Below are positions 8,947-18,476 of a DNA stretch of 64,000 nt, one piece after another. The notes under the pieces were generated by a model. The model was not told the origin of the DNA and ran no database searches. It saw only the letters and a program-made list of their open reading frames with translations. The stretch comes from an uncultured bacterium (GTDB lineage: Bacteria; Bacillota_I; Bacilli_A; RFN20; CAG-826), in assembly GCA_949299165.1 (NCBI GenBank), contig CASFZJ010000005.1, forward strand, positions 12,974 to 76,973, read 5' to 3'. Position 1 is the stretch's first letter. Each line of letters opens with the position of its first letter. Made by a program: the position numbers and the translations under genes.

Positions 8947-10370
8947 TATTTATTTTCCCCTTTCTTTTTATCCCATTCTAATCCGGTAACTTTAGTTAAA
9001 TCTAATCCTTTAGTTTCTCCTACACATTTAAACATGACAATAACCGCTCCAACTAAGCCAGGTATTGTCAAACACAAATAGAAATATCCAAATGCAGATT
9101 CAGGTATAAGTGGAACAACAATCATCGAAATAATAGAAGCCACGCCACCAATTACTCCATTAAGTAAAGTATTAATAACAGTTATCGAAGATCTAAGATT
9201 CGTTGGTGATGACTCAGAAAACATGATAGATCCAATCGTATCACCAGCTCCCCAATAGCATCCCATAAATCCTCCAATAGCAAAACCAGTAAGAAATGGC
9301 GTCCAAGAAAGCATTGAAGAAGCAATAAATAAGCTATAGCAAACCAAAGATGCACTACCCATTGCTATAATTGTTGTTTTTCTACCAAATTTATCAGAAA
9401 CAAAACCACTTACAAAAGTAGCTAGCGCGTTACCTACAGGATAAAGATATAGTGCATATGTTATTTCTTGTTCACTCATCTCTGCTGATTCAGCCATAAC
9501 CGTGTTATAAGTCGAGGTTGCTAAAGAAGCAAAATAAAAGAAAACGCAAGCAATTATTAACCATCTTAATTGATGATGCTTAAAAGCAAATTTTACACCA
9601 TTAATAATTCCGCCTTGGGCATTATTCAATTTTTCTTCTTTACTTTCTTTTTCTCTAACTTCATATGGAGTTTTTAAATATTTAATTCTGTTTGTTAAAA
9701 ATGTATGCGTTTCTTTAGCACAAACAAGAGCTACAAACGATAATATAAAACCAATAATTGCTGGAACTAAATATACTAAATGCCATCTGGAACTGATGTT
9801 TTGCATTAAAGTTTCTCTTAATAAAGGAATAAGGAGAGTTCCTAAAATGGCAATTGATTTAACTATTGAATAATTTCTTGCTCGGCTTTTTTCATCGCTA
9901 CATTCCAAAATATAAACAGCTTGCATGTCGTGAGAAACCATAAATCCCATTAAGGTTCCGCCTATCATATAAACAACAATTTCTCTAGAAAGATAAACTA
10001 TAAATAGGCCAAGTGCCATACAAAAAGTATTAATTATAAGGAAAGGTTTTCTTCCAAATCGGTCTGCTAAAGGCCTATAAATTACCATCAATAAAGAAAT
10101 AGGATAAGTAATAAAACCTAAAGCCGAAAATATTGAAAGCCCCTCTCCATAACTTAGTCCCATATTATCAACGAAAAACTCATTGACAATATTTGATTGA
10201 AATTGAATCGAAATTGTAGAAGCTATTTCATCAGTAATAAAAACAAGCGACAATATCATAAAAAGATAAATCAAATAAAACTTATTTTCTTTAAATTGAA
10301 ATTGCTTTTCTCTTCTTTTCAATTCTTTTGCTTCTCGTATTTTAATCTTTTCTATTTTTGACGTTTCCAT
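8946..10370 (-). CDS. MFS transporter
   Basis: About 12 TM segments and a DRFGRKP loop motif. Start moved to the ATG at 10370 (GGAGGAAG RBS 6 nt upstream) from the track start at 10397. Confidence 0.8.
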   Translation of the reverse strand: METSKIEKIKIREAKELKRREKQFQFKENKFYLIYLFMILSLVFITDEIASTISIQFQSNIVNEFFVDNMGLSYGEGLSIFSALGFITYPISLLMVIYRPLADRFGRKPFLIINTFCMALGLFIVYLSREIVVYMIGGTLMGFMVSHDMQAVYILECSDEKSRARNYSIVKSIAILGTLLIPLLRETLMQNISSRWHLVYLVPAIIGFILSFVALVCAKETHTFLTNRIKYLKTPYEVREKESKEEKLNNAQGGIINGVKFAFKHHQLRWLIIACVFFYFASLATSTYNTVMAESAEMSEQEITYALYLYPVGNALATFVSGFVSDKFGRKTTIIAMGSASLVCYSLFIASSMLSWTPFLTGFAIGGFMGCYWGAGDTIGSIMFSESSPTNLRSSITVINTLLNGVIGGVASIISMIVVPLIPESAFGYFYLCLTIPGLVGAVIVMFKCVGETKGLDLTKVTGLEWDKKKGENK

Positions 10371-11244
10371 ATTTACTTCCTCCAAATTGAAAATCAAAAA
10401 CCATGAAATTTTTTGTCATATTTTCGTCAATGTTCATTTTTTCTTTTAAATAGTTTAAAACTCCTAAAAAACTTGCAGAACTTGAACATTTTTCTAAAAG
10501 TCCATAACTTAAAATTAATTTATACCAGAAAATATTAAGCACAATTTCATCTGTTGCGAGCGATGTAACCGCATGATTTTTAGTATAAGTAGAGATACTT
10601 TTTTCTCCCATATTTTCACCTAATAAAGTTTCATTATTATCTACTATTATTGTCGCTCTTCGATAAGGAAAGAGTTTCTCGGGATCAGAAATTTTATAAG
10701 AAAAAATAAAAGCGCCATTTAAAACAATGTCTTCAAAAGAAAAAATGTATACTTTAACACCTTTTTTGATTGCTTCACCTAGTTCATCTTTAATCAGATT
10801 GAATTCGCTACTCCATAATGAGAGAGAAATTTCTTTTTTTGCACTTGAAATTAAACTTTTTGCCTTAAATATAAAATTGTCAAATCCTTTGATGTTAAAA
10901 ATTAATTCGCTTTCTTTCTCTTCGATTGATGCATCTTTAAGCTTTTCTTTCGCAACTAATAAATTATATTGATTTGCCTGATTAATTTTCTCAATTAATT
11001 TTTCATAATCTAGCGCTTTATAAACATTATTTTTGGAGGTCGACTTCAAAACAAAGCCTTTATTTACCAATCTTTCTAAAACATCATAAACCAAGGAACG
11101 AGATACACCCGAAAATTTGCTTGTTTCATACCCATTTAACTCGCCATATTTAAGCAAAGTTAAATATACTCTGGATTCATTTAAGGTTAGTCCAATGTTT
11201 GTCAAAAAATCAAAATTTTTAGAAATATTTTCTTCATTCATCAA
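10342..11244 (-). CDS. TrmB-family transcriptional regulator
   Basis: N-terminal winged HTH (ESRVYLTLLKYGELNGYETSKFSGVSRSLVYDVLERLVNKGFV) plus a C-terminal effector-like domain. First gene of the MFS/SGNH operon. Confidence 0.75.
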   Translation of the reverse strand: MMNEENISKNFDFLTNIGLTLNESRVYLTLLKYGELNGYETSKFSGVSRSLVYDVLERLVNKGFVLKSTSKNNVYKALDYEKLIEKINQANQYNLLVAKEKLKDASIEEKESELIFNIKGFDNFIFKAKSLISSAKKEISLSLWSSEFNLIKDELGEAIKKGVKVYIFSFEDIVLNGAFIFSYKISDPEKLFPYRRATIIVDNNETLLGENMGEKSISTYTKNHAVTSLATDEIVLNIFWYKLILSYGLLEKCSSSASFLGVLNYLKEKMNIDENMTKNFMVFDFQFGGSKYGNVKNRKD

Positions 11245-11276
11245 AATTAATTATAAAAACATTATTTTAATTGTCG

Positions 11277-11299
11277 ATAGTGATAATTATTATCACTAT
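11277..11299. promoter_or_regulatory. 23-bp palindrome, candidate operator upstream of the TrmB-family gene
   Basis: ATAGTGATAAT-T-ATTATCACTAT, perfect 11-bp arms, 33-55 nt upstream of the ATG at 11244. Confidence 0.45.
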
Positions 11300-11385
11300 T
11301 AGATTTTTAAAACCGATAATAAAACGAAACTTATATAAATTAAATAAGTAATTTCTTTAAAATTTTATAATAAATATATAAATTT

Positions 11386-12291
11386 TTATAAACCTAAAGG
11401 TTTAACATCGTAGTTAAACAAAGCACAATTAGCTTTGTAAATGTCATGTTCCCCTTTAGAGAGATAATAAGATGTTACAAGTCCTACCATATCATCTTTT
11501 ATAGAAGAATACCCGATTGAATTTATGATTTTATCAAACTCCTGTTCGTTTGCTTTAAGGCCAAGAGCTAAAGCACAACAAATATTTTTAGAAGGAATAT
11601 GTTCTGATGGTGTCATAATTAATTCAAAATCTTCAACTGTAAAGTTGCTCTTTAACGCTAATTCTTCATCAGAAACAGCTTTCTTATTTTGAATTTCACG
11701 AATTGTTTTAATAAATTTTTCGTTTGTTTTAATGTCAACATGATTCCCATTAATATTAGTTTTAAAATTTTTTAACACATATTTAGAAAGTTTTTCTTGT
11801 TCATCTTCACTAATATTTTCTGGAAAATTTTTAAAAAGGATCATATAAATTTTATAGTCGCTATGATCTTTCAAAAATCTTTTAATTTCATCCTCGGCTA
11901 TTTCATAACATTCTCTTAAAGGGTAATTAAATTCACCACTTAATAAAGGAAAAGCTAATGTTTTAAAATTATTTTCAAGTGCAATTTTAAAAACACTTTG
12001 ATAAGTTTTTCTCAAATTTTCTTCTTCGCCATGTTTTCCATTAATATAAATAGGACCAACAGCATGAATAATTGCTTTAGTATTTGTTAAATTAAAACTT
12101 GGTGTAATAACTGCACTTCCAACGTCACAATGTCCAATTTGTTTACACGCATTAGTTAATTCTTTGTCTCCGGCTTTATGAAATATTGCTCTACCTACGC
12201 CTTCAACCATTTTTAAATTAACGTTGCTAGCATTAACAATTGCATCACACTTAGCGTTAACTAAATCTCCTTTTGTAAAATAAAATGGCAT
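11386..12291 (-). CDS. macro-domain (ADP-ribose binding/hydrolase) protein with ~130-aa C-terminal extension
   Basis: AIVNASN, GVGRAIFHKAG and IIHAVGP macro motifs in residues 1-165. C-terminal half is unassigned. Confidence 0.75.
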   Translation of the reverse strand: MPFYFTKGDLVNAKCDAIVNASNVNLKMVEGVGRAIFHKAGDKELTNACKQIGHCDVGSAVITPSFNLTNTKAIIHAVGPIYINGKHGEEENLRKTYQSVFKIALENNFKTLAFPLLSGEFNYPLRECYEIAEDEIKRFLKDHSDYKIYMILFKNFPENISEDEQEKLSKYVLKNFKTNINGNHVDIKTNEKFIKTIREIQNKKAVSDEELALKSNFTVEDFELIMTPSEHIPSKNICCALALGLKANEQEFDKIINSIGYSSIKDDMVGLVTSYYLSKGEHDIYKANCALFNYDVKPLGL

Positions 12292-12366
12292 ACCTCACTC
12301 CTTTAAAGCACAAAAATTATATCATTTACAACATACGGTAGTCACAAAAATTTATAATGTTTTTGT

Positions 12367-12444
12367 ATAAAAAGTACCACTTTTTAACTATTTTCCCTGA
12401 ATATTTTCAAAATTCTCTGGAAATATTACAAAAAACCTAGTTTT
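12367..12444. repeat. intergenic A-run/core/T-run module array
   Basis: Modules: ataaaaagtaccacttttta, ctattttccctgaatatttt, caaaattctctggaaatatt, acaaaaaacctagtttt. Confidence 0.55.
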
Positions 12445-12504
12445 ATTTACTAGATTTATCTTTTTTCCTTGTTATGGTAGACTTTTGAACGTGGAGGGAA
12501 ACTT

Positions 12505-13368
12505 ATGAAAATCGCAATTGTTACTGATGATAATGCTGGATTCTCAAAAGAGGAAATCGAGCAATTAGGTATATATATTATTAGAATGCCAGTTATTGTT
12601 AATGGCGAAACAAAATTTCAAGGAGATGATTTCACTGAAGAAATTTTCTACGATTTAATGGATAAAGACGCGGATATCAAAACATCTCAACCAGCACCTG
12701 GTCAAATGCTTGAAATGTGGGATAACTTATTAAAAGATTATGACCAAGTTATTCAAATTCCAATGAGCAGCGGATTAAGCGAAGAATGCAGCAATGCCAA
12801 ATCGCTTGCTACTTCTTACCCAAACAAAGTTTTCATTGTTGATAATCATAGAATCAGCGTCACTTTAAGAAGATCTGTAATCGATGCAATCAATCTTGTT
12901 AAACAAGGAAAAACAGCTGAAGAAATCGTCAAAATTTTAGAAGAAGAGGCACACAATTCTTCAATTTACTTAATGGTTGATACATTAAAATATCTTAAAA
13001 AAGGCGGAAGAGTCACCCCTGCCGGCGCTGCTTTAGGATCAGCTTTACATATCAAACCAGTTTTAGCAATCTTTGGCCAAAAATTAGACGCATACAAAAA
13101 AGCGCTTGGCGTGAAAAAAGCTAAACAAATTATTATTGATGCAATCAAAAACGATATTGCAACAAAATATAAAGATATTCCATTCGATCAACTCGAATTC
13201 GAAATGGCTTATACACACGATTATGAAGAATGTGTTGAATTTAGAAAAGAATATGCAAAAGCTTTAAACATTAAAGAAGAGAATATTATTCTAAACGCAC
13301 TTTCTTTATCTGTCGCAACACATGTTGGCCCTGGTGTACTAGCTTGTGCAGTTTGTAAAAAGCTTTAA
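12505..13368 (+). CDS. DegV family fatty-acid-binding protein (FakB-like)
   Basis: Typical DegV length and N-terminus (KIAIVTDDNAGFS), TSQP motif. GGAGGG RBS. Confidence 0.85.
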   Translation: MKIAIVTDDNAGFSKEEIEQLGIYIIRMPVIVNGETKFQGDDFTEEIFYDLMDKDADIKTSQPAPGQMLEMWDNLLKDYDQVIQIPMSSGLSEECSNAKSLATSYPNKVFIVDNHRISVTLRRSVIDAINLVKQGKTAEEIVKILEEEAHNSSIYLMVDTLKYLKKGGRVTPAGAALGSALHIKPVLAIFGQKLDAYKKALGVKKAKQIIIDAIKNDIATKYKDIPFDQLEFEMAYTHDYEECVEFRKEYAKALNIKEENIILNALSLSVATHVGPGVLACAVCKKL

Positions 13369-13393
13369 TCAAATCTAATTTTCAACAAAATTT

Positions 13394-13418
13394 ACTCCGA
13401 AAATTTTCGGAGTTTTTT
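13394..13418 (+). terminator. rho-independent terminator after degV-like gene
   Basis: ACTCCGAAAATTTTCGGAGT hairpin followed by T5. Confidence 0.75.
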
Positions 13419-13433
13419 ATTGAAAAAATTAAT

Positions 13434-13546
13434 TTTTGCAGGATTTTTTTCAAAAAATATATACTTTTTTTAAAAAATATAGGAAATATTAAAAATCTTC
13501 AGGAAAAATTGAAAAAACTGTATATTTTTTAAATTTCTTGCACTTT
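13434..13546. repeat. five to six tandem ~20-bp A-run/core/T-run modules in a convergent intergenic gap
   Basis: Modules: tttttgcaggattttttt, caaaaaatatatacttttttt, aaaaaatataggaaatatt, aaaaatcttcaggaaaaatt, gaaaaaactgtatatttttt, aaatttcttgcacttttt. Confidence 0.6.
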
Positions 13547-14353
13547 TTATTGTTTCACAAAATTATCAAGAGCATAAATCACTCCGTTTTCATCAACACT
13601 CTTTGTTATAAATTTTGCTACTTTTTTGCACTCTTCAGATGCATTGCCCATTGCAACTCCATTGAAGTCCTTAATCATCTTTACATCGTTTCCGCTATCA
13701 CCGAATGTATATACGTTTTCTTTTTCAATATTTAAATAATTTCTTAAGAATTCAACCGCATCTGCTTTATCACTATTTTTATTTATAAATTCTAAAAAGT
13801 AAGGCGATGTTCTTAAAACGTTATATTTTTCTTTTTCTGATTCCAAGATATGCTTTTCATCAAAATTTTTACTTCTTTTAGGAAGCGAAGCGATCATAAA
13901 TTTTAAAATATGGTAGTCATCAGGAAGATGATTTTTCCTCAAATCAACTCCCTCGAAATAATCGTTGGCTTTTCTCTCAAATTTAATCCACGCATTATTC
14001 TTAAGATAAGCAATTCTGTGAGTTGTATAGCAATAAATATTGCTTGTTCTATTTTTAAAAATATCATGATGATTATCGACAAAATCGTAATAATCTTTCA
14101 TTTTTAAGCCACTAATATAAAGTTCTTTGCCGGCAATATCAGTCACTAAATTACCATTTGCACATAGGCAAAATTTCAACCCTTTATCTAATTGATTTAA
14201 AATTTGCATTATACCTTTATATGGTCTACCACTAGCGATTGCGATAACATCGCCATTTTTCAAGATTTCATTTAAGCGATTTTTAAGTAAATCATTTAAT
14301 TTAATGTTCCCATTAATTAAAGTTCCATCAACATCAAAAGCAAAAAGTCTCAT
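13547..14353 (-). CDS. Cof-type HAD-IIB phosphatase
   Basis: FAFDVDGTL, ASGRP and GDSGNDVKM motifs. Confidence 0.85.
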   Translation of the reverse strand: MRLFAFDVDGTLINGNIKLNDLLKNRLNEILKNGDVIAIASGRPYKGIMQILNQLDKGLKFCLCANGNLVTDIAGKELYISGLKMKDYYDFVDNHHDIFKNRTSNIYCYTTHRIAYLKNNAWIKFERKANDYFEGVDLRKNHLPDDYHILKFMIASLPKRSKNFDEKHILESEKEKYNVLRTSPYFLEFINKNSDKADAVEFLRNYLNIEKENVYTFGDSGNDVKMIKDFNGVAMGNASEECKKVAKFITKSVDENGVIYALDNFVKQ

Positions 14354-14437
14354 AACGCACTAATTATACAAGATTCTTTAAATTTAAAAATCAAAGTTTA
14401 TCGATTTTCAAGACTAAAATTTGATATATTTTTGTTC

Positions 14438-14443
14438 TATAAT
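14438..14443 (+). promoter_or_regulatory. TATAAT -10 box 9 nt upstream of the YolD-like ATG (possible leaderless mRNA)
   Basis: Perfect TATAAT at 14438..14443, ATG at 14453, and no SD between them. Confidence 0.35.
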
Positions 14444-14452
14444 CTTTACACC

Positions 14453-14782
14453 ATGGCAGATAGAGGTATGAAGAAATGGCTTCCTTTTGCTTCTCTCGTA
14501 GAGCAACAGGAATATCTTGAAAAAATGCTGTATGAAAAATATAAAACAGCACGTCCCTTAGTAAGCATTGAACAAGCCAGGAAAATAGACACAATTTTAA
14601 AATTTTATCCTGATACAGTTTTAAATTTCCGTTTATACATTGACGGATATATGTATAACTATAGAGGCAAAATTTTAAAAATAGATAAAAATAAAAAAAT
14701 CGCCTATTTTGACGATTTTTCTCTACCTATTAAAAATATTATTGATATTGAAGATCCAAATCCATTCGATGATATCTGCTAA
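14453..14782 (+). CDS. YolD-like protein
   Basis: MADRGMKKWLPFASL..EQ N-terminus is typical of YolD-like proteins. The track start at 14432 is a TTG that overlaps the -10 box. Confidence 0.6.
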   Translation: MADRGMKKWLPFASLVEQQEYLEKMLYEKYKTARPLVSIEQARKIDTILKFYPDTVLNFRLYIDGYMYNYRGKILKIDKNKKIAYFDDFSLPIKNIIDIEDPNPFDDIC

Positions 14783-15441
14783 TAACCTCTTTTACTTTCT
14801 CTAATTGCAAAAATTGGATATAAGAAGAAAATCACACTCATTCCAATAGTTACTAATCCTGATAATAAGAAATAAATAAAATATAAGCTATCATAAAGAA
14901 CATCTACTGTTTCAATTAACGAAATAGCACCTATTGCAATATAAGTTCCGCCTTGTCCCAAACCAAAGAGAACCATTAAAGCCCCAATAATCGCCATAAT
15001 TAAATGATTATGTTTACCAATTCTTTTATTTTCTAATACTAAAAGAATGAAATAAACAACCCCCAAAACCATTCCAGAAATAATAATAGAAAATAAGGCA
15101 ATTCCTAAAGAATTAGTAAATAGTGATTCAAGTCCTGTTCTAATTGCAGGAAGAACATAGTTTGAAATAAGTAAAAATATAATTCCAAGTCTTGCTGGTG
15201 CTAATGAATTATTTTCTTTAGCAGTAATAAAATATCTAACTAAATACAAATCAAAGACACAATTAATTGCTAAGAAAATTAAACTTGTAAAGTCATTTCC
15301 AAAACCTACTAGAAATAAATCAAGCGCGAAAGCATAAAGTTCTAGTAAAAGTTGCGCCGAACAAACAATTGCGCCAAGTGTGCCTATATGAAATGAATGA
15401 AATGCTCTTTTTATTTTGTTTTTAATTTTATAAAAATCCAT
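14779..15441 (-). CDS. polytopic membrane protein, unknown function
   Basis: Six to seven hydrophobic segments. Last gene of the glycosidase operon (9-nt gap to lacZ-like). Confidence 0.6.
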   Translation of the reverse strand: MDFYKIKNKIKRAFHSFHIGTLGAIVCSAQLLLELYAFALDLFLVGFGNDFTSLIFLAINCVFDLYLVRYFITAKENNSLAPARLGIIFLLISNYVLPAIRTGLESLFTNSLGIALFSIIISGMVLGVVYFILLVLENKRIGKHNHLIMAIIGALMVLFGLGQGGTYIAIGAISLIETVDVLYDSLYFIYFLLSGLVTIGMSVIFFLYPIFAIRESKRGY

Positions 15442-15450
15442 GGTTAATCC

Positions 15451-18400
15451 TCAGTCAACTTTTTTAATTATAAACTTCAGATTAAATTTTGTCCTTAATT
15501 TTATCTTGTACTTATCGTGGACTGGAGCAAGCCATGAATTGTCTCCGCCAACCCCTCTAGTATTAGAACTTATTGTTACATGAGTATATTTTGGTTTTGG
15601 TAATTCATCTAAATGCGTTGCATTTTCTATTTCAAGATTGCTCCAAGGCAAAACTTTAAATGCAAAAGACTTATCAAGAGCAAAAATTCCAAGTTTTGCT
15701 CCGCTTCTTTTTTTAAGAATTAAGTATCTAGTGAAAAGATGTTGTCCACATTCTTGAGGCTTAGCATAATTTACATATTCCTTGTAAGGATCGGATTCAT
15801 AAATTCCTAATTTTTGACCTTCAAATCTATCAAGATAGTTGTCACCTTCACCTAATCCATAATAAGTAAAACTATCAATAATTTCTGGCACAATAAAGTT
15901 AATTCCGATTTCGCCAGGTGAATGTTGGAAAGCGGAAAGTTTGCCTTTTAAGTTAACTAATAAACTTCCATCTTTCCTAATTTCATACGAAATTTTCACA
16001 CTTTTTGGTAATAAACCATAGAAATATCTGTAAATATATTCAAGTTTTGCAGACTTTTCACAAAATTTACGTGATTTTTTCACGCCAATTTTAGGAATTG
16101 ATAAAACTGATTTATTAACATGCATATAGGTATCGAGTTTGTATCGAGATAATGGATTATCATTATCGGTAGTCGCTCTATAAAAGTTGGGTTTAATATA
16201 ATCTTTTAAAAATTCATCTCCATTAATTTTTATTGAATATAATCCACCATGTAGATCACTAAATCCATTAAAAAGATAAGATGAATTTGTTCCTTTAATT
16301 CCAATATTATATGAATCCTCAATTATTTTAAATTTAGATTTTTGTTCTAGTGGGTAACTTCTTGCAGCAAAATCCAGAGTCGTATTATACAAAAATTCAA
16401 AAAATCCAACTTCATAATCTTTATTAGCAAAATCTGTGTCGTTAGCAAGATTATAAGTAATTCTTATTAAATTTTCTTTACTAGGATCAATGCTTAAATT
16501 ATCAAGTTTTAAAATAAACTCAGCTTGTGGATTAATTAATAAAGTAAATGGTTCAGAATTTTTTAACACACCATTTTCGTAAATTTCGAGTTTAAAATAA
16601 TATCTAGAAGTATCTACAAAACTATTTGTATTAACAATTCTAATTCCGTTTTCTATTCTTTCAAAAGTTATATCTTGATAATAATATTTTGCAGTTTTTA
16701 ATTTTGAAGTTTCACTTCTATCAGCAAGAAGAAGGCCATCGCAAGAAAAAACACCATCGTTTGGCTTATCATCAAAATCTCCGCCATAAAGAATAGATTT
16801 TGTGTTTTTATCGACTAAACCTTGGTCGACAAAATCCCAAATAAATCCCCCTTGATAATTTTCGAATTCATCTCTTAAAGACATATATTCGTAGAAATTA
16901 CCAGTTGAATTGCCCATTGAATGCTCAAACTCACAAAGAATAAATGGTTTATTTCTTTGTTTAGATAGTCTTTTCTTAATTTGTCTTGGCGTTGAATACA
17001 TCGTTGAATCAATATCGCTTACAAAAAAATATTTTCTACTGTTAGAACATCCTTCATAATGAACAAGTCTAGATGGGTCAACTTTTTTGAAATATTTTGA
17101 ACTTTCTTGAAAAACTTTCCCAACATTCGATTCGTTTCCTAAACTCCAAATTATAACTGAAGGATGGTTTTTATATCTCTCGTAAATAGCATTATTTTTT
17201 CTTAAAACTAAATCTAAAAATTCTAGGTGATCTCCAGGTAAAACCTTGCTAAAACCATCTCTTTTTAAGAAATTTCCCCATGTTCCATGAGTTTCAATAT
17301 CAACTTCATCAATTATATAAAAGCCTAATTCATCAGCTAATTCGTAAAAATAACTTTTGTTAGGATAATGAGAAGTTCTTATTGCATTAAAATTATTAGC
17401 TTTCAATAAAAGCAAATCATGCCTTATGATTTCATCGTTTATTGCTCGACCATTTTCCATATCAAACTCGTGGCGATTAACACCTTTAAAGAAAATTTTT
17501 CTACCATTTACTTTGATGATATTTCCATCAATTTCGGTTCTTCTAAAGCCTATTTTGACTTCTGTTTTTTCTACACTTTTATCGTTTTTTAAAAGCTCTA
17601 ATTCAAGAGTGTATAAAGATGGAGTCTCTGCAGTCCATGGAAAAACATTTGAGATGGATTTTTTGATTTTAAATTCTTTACTAGTCAAAGGCAAAATTTC
17701 TTCAAATAAAACCGAATCTTTAAATCTAAAAGTAGATTTAATGAAAGTATTATTAAAATCTCCAGTGGTAGATAAAGTTACATCTAAAACTCCAGTTACA
17801 TTGTCATCTAATAAAGTTGATTTATTATTAATATCAAAAATATGATTAAAAGGGACAAAATTTAGTGATACATCTCTAAATATACCAGAAAATCTCCACA
17901 TATCTTGGTCATTAAACCAAGACATTTTCGAATATTTAAATACCAAAATAGCGATTCTATTTATACCAACTTTTAAGTAATTGGAAAGGTCAAACTCGGT
18001 TGGTGTGTAATTCTTTTCAGAAAATCCTACAAAATTTCCATTTACATAAAGATATAAAGCTGTGTTAAATCCATCAATTTTTAAAATAACTCTTTCGGTG
18101 AGATTATTTTTCATCTCAAGATCTTTAAAATATATGCCACATGGATTGTTTTTTGGGCTTTTAACAAGTTCAACATCTTCAACTCCACTCCATTCGTATT
18201 GTTGATTTACATATTTTGGTTGGCCATAACCTTGTAATTCAAAATGACCTGGCACTTTAATGGAGTCAAATTCTCTAATATCAACATTTGGCAAAAGCAA
18301 AAAACTAATATCTTCACTAAAATTATTAAAATAAACAAATTTCCATTCGCCATTTAAAGAAAACGATACGCTTTTTCCATTTACGTAAGTTCTGTGGTCG

Positions 18401-18474
18401 GAATGATTTTTTATTGTATTAATTTCTGTAATTTCAGGATTATCAAGTAAACTTAAATCGACTAAATTATTCAT
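15451..18474 (-). CDS. lacZ: GH2 beta-galactosidase (LacZ type, 1007 aa)
   Basis: WSLGNES acid/base region, ILCEFEHSMGNS nucleophile region, full five-domain length. Confidence 0.85.
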   Translation of the reverse strand: MNNLVDLSLLDNPEITEINTIKNHSDHRTYVNGKSVSFSLNGEWKFVYFNNFSEDISFLLLPNVDIREFDSIKVPGHFELQGYGQPKYVNQQYEWSGVEDVELVKSPKNNPCGIYFKDLEMKNNLTERVILKIDGFNTALYLYVNGNFVGFSEKNYTPTEFDLSNYLKVGINRIAILVFKYSKMSWFNDQDMWRFSGIFRDVSLNFVPFNHIFDINNKSTLLDDNVTGVLDVTLSTTGDFNNTFIKSTFRFKDSVLFEEILPLTSKEFKIKKSISNVFPWTAETPSLYTLELELLKNDKSVEKTEVKIGFRRTEIDGNIIKVNGRKIFFKGVNRHEFDMENGRAINDEIIRHDLLLLKANNFNAIRTSHYPNKSYFYELADELGFYIIDEVDIETHGTWGNFLKRDGFSKVLPGDHLEFLDLVLRKNNAIYERYKNHPSVIIWSLGNESNVGKVFQESSKYFKKVDPSRLVHYEGCSNSRKYFFVSDIDSTMYSTPRQIKKRLSKQRNKPFILCEFEHSMGNSTGNFYEYMSLRDEFENYQGGFIWDFVDQGLVDKNTKSILYGGDFDDKPNDGVFSCDGLLLADRSETSKLKTAKYYYQDITFERIENGIRIVNTNSFVDTSRYYFKLEIYENGVLKNSEPFTLLINPQAEFILKLDNLSIDPSKENLIRITYNLANDTDFANKDYEVGFFEFLYNTTLDFAARSYPLEQKSKFKIIEDSYNIGIKGTNSSYLFNGFSDLHGGLYSIKINGDEFLKDYIKPNFYRATTDNDNPLSRYKLDTYMHVNKSVLSIPKIGVKKSRKFCEKSAKLEYIYRYFYGLLPKSVKISYEIRKDGSLLVNLKGKLSAFQHSPGEIGINFIVPEIIDSFTYYGLGEGDNYLDRFEGQKLGIYESDPYKEYVNYAKPQECGQHLFTRYLILKKRSGAKLGIFALDKSFAFKVLPWSNLEIENATHLDELPKPKYTHVTISSNTRGVGGDNSWLAPVHDKYKIKLRTKFNLKFIIKKVD

Positions 18475-18476
18475 AT

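Noticed and set aside
11117-11302. A 61-aa plus-strand ORF spanning the trmB-like start and the palindrome.
   Set aside because: It is antisense to the regulator N-terminus (a clear HTH on the other strand) and has no SD.
11386-12291. A DarTG-type toxin-antitoxin system, based on the macro-domain protein.
   Set aside because: No DarT/DUF4433-like or other toxin ORF is adjacent. The neighbours are a divergent degV gene and a TrmB operon.
13434-13546. Interpreting the ~20-bp periodic arrays as a CRISPR array.
   Set aside because: The units are 18-22 bp with no constant repeat alternating with unique spacers. They are A/T palindromes. No cas genes or leader are present, and similar short arrays are scattered over many gaps.
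14391-14594. A 67-aa minus-strand ORF overlapping the YolD-like gene.
   Set aside because: It is antisense to an ORF with a recognisable YolD-like N-terminus. It has no RBS and an odd Cys/Phe/Leu-rich composition.
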